Origin: an uncultured Verrucomicrobiae bacterium
GTDB taxonomy: Bacteria; Verrucomicrobiota; Verrucomicrobiia; Palsa-1439
Assembly (NCBI GenBank): GCA_963812605.1
Contig: CAWEWF010000006.1
Location: forward strand, 384,001-448,000
DNA: 64,000 bases
Direction: 5' to 3'
How positions within the stretch are numbered: position 1 is the stretch's first letter; every line of letters begins with the position of its first letter. The notes beneath the pieces were generated by a model. The model was not told the origin of the DNA and did not search any database. It worked only from the letters and a program-made list of their open reading frames with translations. Positions 33,100-41,769 of the stretch are shown piece after piece. Made by a program: the position numbers and the translations under genes.

Positions 33100-34609
33100 A
33101 TAACCTCGATTCCGTCGAAATCTGGTACGTCACCGGCAGCCAGCACCTGTACGGCGAAGCAGCGCTAAAACAGGTGGCGACGAATTCGCGGCAGATCGTG
33201 ACCGCGCTGAACGCTTCAAAACGCCTGCCGCTGAAGATCGTCTTCAAGCCGGTGCTCACCGGGCCCGACGAGATCCGTCAGCTTTGCCTGGACGCCAATC
33301 AATCGCGGAAGTGCGCCGGCTTAATTCTCTGGATGCACACGTTCTCGCCCGCCAAGATGTGGATCGGCGGCCTCACCGCCTTGAAAAAGCCGTTCCTGCA
33401 CCTGCACACGCAATTCAATCGCGACCTGCCCTGGGCTGAGATCGACATGGATTTCATGAACCTCAACCAGTCCGCCCACGGCGACCGCGAAGCTGGCTTC
33501 CTGCACACGCGCTTGCGACTGAATCGCAAAGTCGTCGTCGGCCATTGGTCCGATCCCGACGTACAGGAGCGAATCGCTACCTGGATGGGCGCGGCGCGAG
33601 CGTGGCACGATTGGCAGGGCGCGAAGTTCTGCCGTTTCGGCGACAATATGCGCCAGGTGGCGTCACCGAAGGCGACAAGGTCGCCGCCGAGGCGAAGTTG
33701 GGTTACGCGGTCAATGGCTACGGCGTCGGCGATCTGGTGAAGTCCATCAATGCCGTCGGCGACAAAGCTGTCGATCATCTCTGCGATGAGTACGAACAAC
33801 GCTACACCGTAGCGAAGGAACTTCGCAAAGGCGGGACGCGTCACGAATCGCTCCGCGATGGCGCGCGCATCGAACTCGGCCTGCGCGCCTTCCTGAAAGC
33901 AGGTAATTTCAAAGGTTTCACCACCACGTTCGAAGACCTGCATGGCTTGAAACAATTGCCCGGCCTCGCCGTCCAGCGCCTGATGGCCGACGGCTATGGA
34001 TTCGGCGCGGAAGGTGACTGGAAAACCTGCGCGCTGCTTCGCGCGATGAAAGTCATGGCCGCCGAACTCAAAGGCGGCACGTCGTTCATGGAGGATTACA
34101 CCTATCACCTCCACCCTGACGGCCCCCTTGTCCTCGGCGCGCACATGCTCGAAATCTGCGAGTCCATCGCCGCCGGCAAGCCGTCCCTTGAAATTCATCC
34201 ACTCGGTATCGGCGGCAAGGCAGATCCCGTGCGGCTCGTATTCAACGCGCCCGCCGGTCCCGCGATCAATGCCTCCATCATCGATCTTGGCAACCGCTTC
34301 CGCCTCATCGTCAACGAAGTGGACGTGATCAAGCCGCCGCAACCGCTCCCAAAACTCCCCGTCGCCCGCGCCATCTGGAAATGCCGCCCCGATTTCAAGA
34401 CCGCCTGCGCCGCGTGGATTCAGGCTGGCGGCGCACACCACACCGGCTTCAGCTACGCCGTTACCACCGAACATATGGAAGACTTCGCCGAAATCGCCGG
34501 TCTCGAATTAGCAGTCATTGATCGCGACACGAAGTTGCGCGCCTTCCAAGAGCAGCTCCGCAACAACGAACTCTACTACCACCTCGCCCCCGGCCTGGCA
34601 CGACTATGA
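33096..34609 (+). CDS. araA: L-arabinose isomerase; frameshift near 33660
   Basis: [54 protein letters not shown]. Confidence 0.96.
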
Positions 34610-35658
34610 CGATGCTTGCCGCCCGTCTTCACGGTCCGCGCGATATGCGCGTCGAACGCGTGCCTCACCCCGGCAAACCCGGCCCGGGTGAAGCGTTGAT
34701 TCGCGTCACCGCGACCGGTATTTGCGGCAGCGATCTGCATACCTATCTCGACGGCCGCATCGGCGACACCGTCCTCAAAGCGCCATTGATTCTCGGACAT
34801 GAGTTCGGCGGTGTTATCGAAGCAGTCGGCAAAGATGTAAAGAATCTGAAACCCGGGATGCGGGTGGCTGTCGATCCCGCGCAACCCTGCCACCACTGCG
34901 ACCTCTGCGAGCGTGGTCATCCCCATCTCTGCCGCCGCCTGCACTTCTGCGGCTTGTACCCCGACGATGGCAGCTTCGCCGAGTTCATTCGTGTGCCTGC
35001 CGGAACCTGTTTCCCGGTGCCCAAGACGATCGATGATGCGGCAGCGGCGCTGCTGGAGCCGCTCGGCGTGGCGCTGCACGCCACCACTCTTGCCAAGATA
35101 CATGACGGCGACCGCGTGGCTGTTCTTGGGGCCGGTCCCATCGGTCTGTTGCTCATTCAAACGGCCAAACTGGCCGGTGCTGGCGAGATTCTTGTAAGCG
35201 ACCCGCTTGCATGGCGCGTCAAGCTGGCCCGCAAGTTCGGCGCAAAGCCGTTTGGAGGGACGCGCTCCGTCGCGTCCGTTCCCGCAACACGGCCACGACG
35301 GAGCGTGGCCCTCCGGGACTTTGAGGCGGACGTTGTCCTCGAAGCGGCGTGGGGTGGCGAAGCCATCGAGCGGTCGATTGAGATCGTGCGACCCGGCGGC
35401 CGCGTCGTGCTGGTCGGCATCCCGTCCGAGGACCGCTGCGCCATCAAGCACTCGACGGCCCGCCGAAAAGGTTTGACGGTCCTCTTCAGCCGGCGCATGA
35501 AACATACGTACCCGCGCGCGATCCAACTGGTGACCTCCGGTCGCGTGGATTTGACTTCGCTGGTGACGCATCGGTTTCCGCTGCGCCGCGCCGCCGAGGC
35601 GCTGGCGCTGTGTGCGGACTATCAAGACAAGGTCGTGAAGGCGGTCATCACTTATTAG
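34606..35658 (+). CDS. Zn-dependent (sorbitol/polyol-type) dehydrogenase
   Basis: [15 protein letters not shown], structural Zn CxxCxxC...C, GAGPIG. Confidence 0.9.
   Translation: MTMLAARLHGPRDMRVERVPHPGKPGPGEALIRVTATGICGSDLHTYLDGRIGDTVLKAPLILGHEFGGVIEAVGKDVKNLKPGMRVAVDPAQPCHHCDLCERGHPHLCRRLHFCGLYPDDGSFAEFIRVPAGTCFPVPKTIDDAAAALLEPLGVALHATTLAKIHDGDRVAVLGAGPIGLLLIQTAKLAGAGEILVSDPLAWRVKLARKFGAKPFGGTRSVASVPATRPRRSVALRDFEADVVLEAAWGGEAIERSIEIVRPGGRVVLVGIPSEDRCAIKHSTARRKGLTVLFSRRMKHTYPRAIQLVTSGRVDLTSLVTHRFPLRRAAEALALCADYQDKVVKAVITY
35254..35314. repeat. Inverted REP doublet inside the dehydrogenase coding sequence
   Basis: GGAG-ggacgcg-ctccgt-cgcgtcc (35254-77) and, on minus, GGAG-ggccacg-ctccgt-cgtggcc (35291-314). 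Confidence 0.8.
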
Positions 35659-35670
35659 CAGGAAAGATAC

Positions 35671-37332
35671 GTGAGCGCTCATTACAGCATCGGTTTGGAC
35701 TACGGCACGAACTCCGTTCGCGCCCTCATTGTCAACGTCGCCAACGGCAAGGAGGTTGGCACGGCAGTCTGGGAATACGCGCACGGGACGCACGGCGTGA
35801 TTCTTTCCCGCGATCCCAACCTGGCCCGGCAACATCCCGCGGATTATCTCATCGGGGCAGAGGTTACGATCAAGAAGGCCCTAGCCCAGGCGAAGCGCGC
35901 CGTGCGCGGTTTCCAGCCGAAACAGGTCGTCGGCATCGGCGTCGACACGACCGGCAGCACGCCCCTGCCGGTGAACGCCAATGGTCGAGCGCTGGCATTC
36001 GACAAGCGCTTCGCCAAAAACCCCGCGGCGATGGCCTGGCTCTGGAAAGATCATACCAGCGTGGTCGAAGCGGCGGAGATCACGGAGTTGGCGAAGAAAA
36101 TTCGTCCGCAGTATCTCGCCAAGTGCGGTGGGACGTATTCCAGCGAATGGTTCTTCAGCAAAATCCTGCATTGTCTCGACACGGCCCCCGAAGTATTCGA
36201 GGCCGCGTACACCTGGGTCGAGATTGCCGACTGGATCCCCGCAATGCTGACCGGCACGGAAACGCCGGACAAACTTGCCGTTGGCGTCTGCGCGGCGGGC
36301 CACAAAGCCATGTATAATGACACCTGGGGCGGCTATCCCGACGCCGAGTTCCTCAGTCAACTTCATCCGGCGCTCGGCGAACTCCGTTCGCGACTTCGTC
36401 CGCGGGCCCAGGCAATCGATCGCGCGGTTGGCAGACTGACAGCGGATTGGGCGCGACGCACCGGCTTGCCCGCGGGCATTCCCGTTGCCGTCGGCGCGTT
36501 TGATGCGCATCTTGGCGGCGTTGGCTGCGGCATCGCGCCGGGCACGCTCGTCAAGATCATCGGCACCAGCACGTGCGATATTGTGATTGCCCCGGTCGGT
36601 GAACCACTGGCCGACATCCCCGGCCTCTGCGGCATTGTCAATGGGAGCGTCTTGCCGGGCTATTACGGGTTGGAAGCGGGCCAGTCGGCGGTGGGTGACA
36701 TTTTCAACTGGTTCGTCAATTATCTCCGGGTTGGTAGCCACGAAGGCCTTACGAAGGACGCTGCCCGGCTGGAACCTGGCGCCAGCGGTTTGCTCGCGCT
36801 CGATTGGAACAACGGCAACCGCACGATCCTGGTGGACCAACGACTCACGGGTTTGCTGCTGGGCCAAACGTTGTACACGACGCCGGCCGAGATTTATCGA
36901 GCGTTGATCGAGGCGACGGCCTTTGGGGCGTTGACGATTATCAATCGCTTCGAGGAATACGGCGTAAAGATCGAACAGATCGTCAATTGTGGCGGTATCG
37001 CCGAGAAAAACCCGGTCGCGATGCAGATTTACGCGGACGTGACCGGTCGCCCGATGAAAATCTCGCGGTCGGCGCAGACCTGTGCGCTCGGCGCGGCGAT
37101 TGCGGGGGCGGTCGTGGCCGGAGCGCACGCGAATTACGCGGCAGCCCAGAAGTCGATGACCGGGGTGAAGAGGCAGGTGTTCCTGCCCAATCCTCGGGCG
37201 CATGCCGTCTACAAGGAGCTTTACGCGCTCTACCGCAAACTGCATGATGCCTTCGGCACCAAGGAATGGAATGGCAACCTGCACGATGTGATGAAGCGGT
37301 TGCTCGAAATTCGCGCGAAGGCCAGAAACTGA
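35671..37332 (+). CDS. araB: Ribulokinase (FGGY)
   Basis: IGLDYGTNSVR, ARQHPADY, GVDTTGSTP, WKDH, YSSEWF, AAGHKAM, EAGQSAVGD, DWNNGNR. Confidence 0.95.
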   Translation: MSAHYSIGLDYGTNSVRALIVNVANGKEVGTAVWEYAHGTHGVILSRDPNLARQHPADYLIGAEVTIKKALAQAKRAVRGFQPKQVVGIGVDTTGSTPLPVNANGRALAFDKRFAKNPAAMAWLWKDHTSVVEAAEITELAKKIRPQYLAKCGGTYSSEWFFSKILHCLDTAPEVFEAAYTWVEIADWIPAMLTGTETPDKLAVGVCAAGHKAMYNDTWGGYPDAEFLSQLHPALGELRSRLRPRAQAIDRAVGRLTADWARRTGLPAGIPVAVGAFDAHLGGVGCGIAPGTLVKIIGTSTCDIVIAPVGEPLADIPGLCGIVNGSVLPGYYGLEAGQSAVGDIFNWFVNYLRVGSHEGLTKDAARLEPGASGLLALDWNNGNRTILVDQRLTGLLLGQTLYTTPAEIYRALIEATAFGALTIINRFEEYGVKIEQIVNCGGIAEKNPVAMQIYADVTGRPMKISRSAQTCALGAAIAGAVVAGAHANYAAAQKSMTGVKRQVFLPNPRAHAVYKELYALYRKLHDAFGTKEWNGNLHDVMKRLLEIRAKARN

Positions 37333-37334
37333 TC

Positions 37335-38033
37335 ATGCTCGAAGAACTGAAACAACAGGTGTGCGAGGCGAACCTGAAACTGGTCGCCACCGGCCTGGTT
37401 ATCCAGACCTGGGGCAATGCCAGTGGCGTGGATCGCGCCAGCGGCAACGTCGTGATCAAGCCGTCGGGCGTGTCCTACGATGGGTTGCGACCGGAACACA
37501 TGGTAGTGGTGTCGCTCGCCACCGGCAAGGTCGTGGAAGGCGATCTCAAACCAAGCTCCGACACCCCGACACATTTGGTCCTGTATCGCGCGTTCACGGA
37601 AATCGGCGGCATCGCGCATACCCACAGCCTCTACGCCACCGCCTGGGCACAGGCCAGGCACGAGATTCCGGCATTCGGCACGACGCATGCGGATTATTTC
37701 GACGGGCCGGTTCCCTGCACCCGCCTGCTCACGGCGAAAGAAATCAAGAACGACTATGAAGGGAACACAGGACGCGTCATCATTGAGCGGTTCAAAAAGC
37801 GCAATCCGCTGCATTTTCCCGGTGCGTTGGTGGCCTGCCATGCGCCGTTTGCGTGGGGGGTAACTGTCGAAAATGCGGTGGAGAACGCCATCGTCCTCGA
37901 ACACCTGGCGTGCCTGGCGTCTGAGACGCTACGCGTGAAACCGTCAATCAGGCCAATACCCGACGGGCTGCTCGATAAACATTTTCTCCGCAAACACGGT
38001 CCCAGCGCGTATTACGGCCAGAAGATGGAGTAA
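37335..38033 (+). CDS. araD: L-ribulose-5-phosphate 4-epimerase
   Basis: TWGNAS, IKPSGV, PSSDTPTH, HTHS, GTTHADYF, KHGPSAYYGQ. Confidence 0.96.
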   Translation: MLEELKQQVCEANLKLVATGLVIQTWGNASGVDRASGNVVIKPSGVSYDGLRPEHMVVVSLATGKVVEGDLKPSSDTPTHLVLYRAFTEIGGIAHTHSLYATAWAQARHEIPAFGTTHADYFDGPVPCTRLLTAKEIKNDYEGNTGRVIIERFKKRNPLHFPGALVACHAPFAWGVTVENAVENAIVLEHLACLASETLRVKPSIRPIPDGLLDKHFLRKHGPSAYYGQKME

Positions 38034-38035
38034 CG

Positions 38036-38668
38036 ATGGAACGCATTTCAAAGGTACGGGTCGTGCCCGTCGTGGTCATTGACCGCGCAGAAGACGCCGT
38101 CCCGCTCGCCGAGGCGCTCCTGGCTGGCGGGCTCAACGTCATGGAAATCACCTTCCGCACGCCCGCCGCCGAACCCTCCATCCGCAATGTTCGCGAAGCG
38201 TTCCCGAAGATGCTGGTGGGCGCCGGCACAATCCTGGATGTGGGCCAATTGCTTTATGCCGTTGATGCCGGCGCGCAATTTGGCGTCGCGCCCGGCCTGA
38301 ACGAAACGGTTGTAACGAAATCCTATGCGTTGAATCTGCCGTTCGTGCCGGGGGTCATGACGCCGTCTGATGTCGAGCGCGGGTTGGCGCTGGGCTGCAA
38401 GCTCCAGAAGTTTTTCCCAGCCGAGGCCGCCGGCGGCGTGAAGATGCTGAAGGCATTGGCCGGGCCGTATGCGCACACCGGGATAAAATTTATCCCGCTG
38501 GGCGGCGTCAATGCCGCCAATGCCCGCGAATATCTTGCGCTGCCGATTGTCGCGGCCATTGGTGGTTCCTGGATGGTCGAGCGGAAACTGATAGCGGAGA
38601 AGAATTGGTCAACCATCCGCGCGTTGACCGCCGAAGTCGTGCAACTCGCGGCCTCGGTCGGCGTTTAG
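38036..38668 (+). CDS. eda: KDPG/KHG aldolase
   Basis: EITFRT, GAGT, PGVMTPSD, KFFPAE, GGSW. Confidence 0.93.
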   Translation: MERISKVRVVPVVVIDRAEDAVPLAEALLAGGLNVMEITFRTPAAEPSIRNVREAFPKMLVGAGTILDVGQLLYAVDAGAQFGVAPGLNETVVTKSYALNLPFVPGVMTPSDVERGLALGCKLQKFFPAEAAGGVKMLKALAGPYAHTGIKFIPLGGVNAANAREYLALPIVAAIGGSWMVERKLIAEKNWSTIRALTAEVVQLAASVGV

Positions 38669-38701
38669 GACGTCACGATCTCAAAACTCGGATGCCGTTT
38701 T

Positions 38702-39250
38702 CTACCGGAAGGTCTTATCGTCGGTGCGGCGCAGGTCGATGCCGTCCTTGAAGACCTCAACCGTCACGATCGCGAAGGTGAACACGCTGGTACCGGATTC
38801 CAAGTGTCCACCAAAGGCCCTGTCCGGATCGGCCAGGGTAAGGTGGGCGTGAACGCGGCCATCGATTACATAGCCGTTCATGCTCACGATGTCAGCGGGG
38901 CCAGCAGGGTTCTTTACGTAGATGTTCCTGGAAGGAAAGGTTCCATTACTGACCGTATGGAAGTGATAGCCGCGAACTGACCCAATGCCCGCCAGTATCA
39001 CGGCATTACGGATCTTTTCCTCTTTCACCATGCGCTCAAGGCCCGCGAGGAGGTCGGCCTGGTATTTGAAGCGCAGCACTACGATTCGGTCAAACTGCCC
39101 GTTCAGTGCATACACGTCCGGCACGGCGCTGCTGTTCGGCTTCGAATCTTCCGCCGCCGTGGTGGCGTTGGTCAACTCGGTGCGGATTGATTGGGCCGCG
39201 GTCACGCTCACGATTGCCAGAAGAGCCACAATTTGAATCAGTCGACGCAT
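38702..39250 (-). CDS. PPC/DUF296-domain protein with signal peptide
   Basis: GIGSV, HAHLTL, GGHL, FAIV; hydrophobic N-terminus. Confidence 0.82.
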   Translation of the reverse strand: MRRLIQIVALLAIVSVTAAQSIRTELTNATTAAEDSKPNSSAVPDVYALNGQFDRIVVLRFKYQADLLAGLERMVKEEKIRNAVILAGIGSVRGYHFHTVSNGTFPSRNIYVKNPAGPADIVSMNGYVIDGRVHAHLTLADPDRAFGGHLESGTSVFTFAIVTVEVFKDGIDLRRTDDKTFR

Positions 39251-39354
39251 GGGATGTCTCCTTATATCAATGGAAGCATGATAATAGCCTGGCTGCAATC
39301 AAGGGGCCAGACCGCAGTTCTCATCCGGCTGTAGCCGCGGTTCGCCAACAGTAG

Positions 39355-40086
39355 TCAGTGGCTTGTCTTGTCAGTGGGAGCGACGTATCCGGGCAGATTC
39401 TTCGCTTCAGCAGAATGGGCGACCTTCACTGCCTCCAGCGTAGCTTCCTCGAAAGCATTCGTGCCATTCCCCAGATGAACGCGCGCGCGGAAGAAATCTG
39501 CCCAGTGGAAATCCGCGTAAGGACTTTCCGTCTGCAAGTAGCCGTCTTTTTCGCGCACAAGCCATGCCAGACTGCGATAGGGATCATCGCGCATACTTTC
39601 AATTGTGCGTGGAAGGCTCGTTGGATCAGGCAGGGGCTTCCCCGTTTCATCATGCAGGTAGACCCAATCCCGCTCCTTCATCCTGGCCCAGAATTCCGGC
39701 TCGGAAAGCTTCGACCAATTCTCTTTCACTTCGGCATACAGGGTCCGGCCTGCGTGCGCTTGCAGGAGCGCGCGCGCGAGGTGCTGATGATCCAACAGAT
39801 AGGGAACCCCATCCGGACCAATCGCGATCGGCGCCACATGTTTGCGCAGGTAGTGATCCAGCTCATTCGCCGTCATTTTGCCGATTCTTTCCGCGCGGAT
39901 TTCCACTTCTTTCATCCCTACGGCCGACTGGGTGGGACAAAGGATCGCTATTTCAACGGTACACATCGAGTGCGCGGGCAGATTGGGGTCAAAGGGAATG
40001 TCGCCCGCTGCCAGCGTCACCGAGACGGTGAACAAACAGGAACAAAGAACCGCCCGAACGCAACGATTTACCGGAGAGAATTGCAT
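39355..40086 (-). CDS. ParB-like (ParBc_2-type) protein with signal peptide
   Basis: PTQSAVG, GPDG..YLLDHQHLARAL, FW..M....WVY, DDPYRSLAW, F.WADFFR. Confidence 0.85.
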   Translation of the reverse strand: MQFSPVNRCVRAVLCSCLFTVSVTLAAGDIPFDPNLPAHSMCTVEIAILCPTQSAVGMKEVEIRAERIGKMTANELDHYLRKHVAPIAIGPDGVPYLLDHQHLARALLQAHAGRTLYAEVKENWSKLSEPEFWARMKERDWVYLHDETGKPLPDPTSLPRTIESMRDDPYRSLAWLVREKDGYLQTESPYADFHWADFFRARVHLGNGTNAFEEATLEAVKVAHSAEAKNLPGYVAPTDKTSH

Positions 40087-40250
40087 GGCGAATAGTAGGA
40101 GGGTCAATCTGTGAGGATTTGCCGGCAACCGGGTAACAATGCGGTGACGACCGAAAACCTTGGCGAGCACAGGTCCCACGTCACCCGCCGGCCAAAGGGG
40201 ATCAGTGAGATAAACCCTTTATCTGCCAACAAGATACAGAAACCGCTGGC

Positions 40251-40267
40251 TTGGCAGGATTGCTGCT
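40251..40267 (+). promoter_or_regulatory. Sigma-54 -24/-12 promoter
   Basis: TTGGCAGGATTGCTGCT; GG-N10-GC about 35 nt before the ATG at 40302. Confidence 0.55.
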
Positions 40268-40301
40268 TATTTCGGTGTCCGAGGCACCGACAGAAGTTCA
40301 A

Positions 40302-40925
40302 ATGTCAGACTGGAGCCGGTTCAACTTGAGCGTTCAGGAAATTAAAAACAAGATCGAGGAATTGAAGGGGATGCGGTCGCGACGGCGCAGATGGCTCGGA
40401 GGCACAAGCCTTGGTGCCCTGGGCATCACAACCGTTTGCCTGTTGATCGCCAGGAATGCCGCTGTGGGTTTACTCCAAGATGGTCCCACGCACGATGAAT
40501 TCGTCGCCGACCTCACCCACCAAATCAGCAAACAGGTCTTGCCGCAAATGGACGGGTTTGACATTCAGGCATCTTATGGAAGACTTCCCTTGCCGGACAC
40601 GGCTTCGCCCATCTCCCATCATCCCAAGGCTCGAACGAGCGAAGAGAAAACCGTCGTGGGAGTTTGCGGTGCCGCGGACGATCCGCAAAAGCCGCTGGGA
40701 CGTTTTCGCGAGCAGACGGTGTCGGAGTACCAGACTACCGTGACCAAGATTGTCAGCGATCTCGCGGCCATTCGTGGCCGGGAAGGAAAGGACGCCCATG
40801 CCGGGTTGTCCGCCGGCGCGGTGGCCAGTTTGTTTGTCAGTCATGTGCAAGAAGAGCTTCCGAAGCCATCCCTGGAAAGTTACCGTCCGCCGGTCGACGT
40901 GAACTCATCGAAAGACGCCCGATGA
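40302..40925 (+). CDS. Hypothetical single-TM protein
   Basis: Open frame with basic stretch + TM helix; ATGA overlap with the next gene. Confidence 0.6.
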   Translation: MSDWSRFNLSVQEIKNKIEELKGMRSRRRRWLGGTSLGALGITTVCLLIARNAAVGLLQDGPTHDEFVADLTHQISKQVLPQMDGFDIQASYGRLPLPDTASPISHHPKARTSEEKTVVGVCGAADDPQKPLGRFREQTVSEYQTTVTKIVSDLAAIRGREGKDAHAGLSAGAVASLFVSHVQEELPKPSLESYRPPVDVNSSKDAR

Positions 40926-41680
40926 TTTTATCCTCCGCTCGACCCGAAACCGAACGCGGTGCCGACCGGGGCGAAGACGGTGCGCTCTCTTTTCTCGCGG
41001 AGCAGGTCGCCATTCATTACATTGACGAGCAGGTCGAAAAGGCCCGGCGATCCCTGCGCCGAACCCGAGTTTTTTGCCTCATCACCTTGTTCCTGATTCT
41101 GGGCTACATGAGCTTTGTTACCATCGCCATCCGCAACCGGCTCCTCCGTCCCGAGGCCGCTGCCGAGATGGCGGCCTACTATTTCTCCAGATTCGCCGCG
41201 CAGAATGACCGGGCGCCATCATCCAGCTTTGGGGAACAGCCACGGGAATCGGCCATCCCGGTCTCCAGCAGCCTCACCATCAAGTCGGTCGGAAATCCGG
41301 AACGCACTTTTGCCGGGGTGAACCCCGCCAATGGTGATCCGGCCGTGGTGCAAGCCGAAGTGGCCGCTTACGTGCGGGGATTTATTTCGCAGCCCCAAGG
41401 AAATCTGCAGGACCTGGTCCGGGAGGCGCAGCATCCGAAGACGGTTCAGCAGCTCAGCGACGAACTCGATCAGGAGATGCGCGAGCGCCTGCCTTCACGA
41501 GTCAGATACGGCTCGCCAGACCCGATCTATATGTCTTATGTGGATCAGAAACTGGCGACACTTGCGGAACTCGAATCGCAGTTTGATCGGCTGGCGCATG
41601 CTGACGACCTGACCCCATACGAAAGGACGCTACGCCATATCCTTGCGTCGACAATGGGTAGTGTCCATCAAGGCTCCTAA
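40922..41680 (+). CDS. Hypothetical single-TM helical protein
   Basis: RRSLRRTR + TM helix; translationally coupled to the previous gene. Confidence 0.65.
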   Translation: MILSSARPETERGADRGEDGALSFLAEQVAIHYIDEQVEKARRSLRRTRVFCLITLFLILGYMSFVTIAIRNRLLRPEAAAEMAAYYFSRFAAQNDRAPSSSFGEQPRESAIPVSSSLTIKSVGNPERTFAGVNPANGDPAVVQAEVAAYVRGFISQPQGNLQDLVREAQHPKTVQQLSDELDQEMRERLPSRVRYGSPDPIYMSYVDQKLATLAELESQFDRLAHADDLTPYERTLRHILASTMGSVHQGS

Positions 41681-41769
41681 GTCCTTTCCCGATCGTTCAG
41701 CCCGGTCCGATCCTGATCCGAGCCCTCGACTACATCCTCTTCCGCCGTTGATTGGGAACCGATGTTTCG

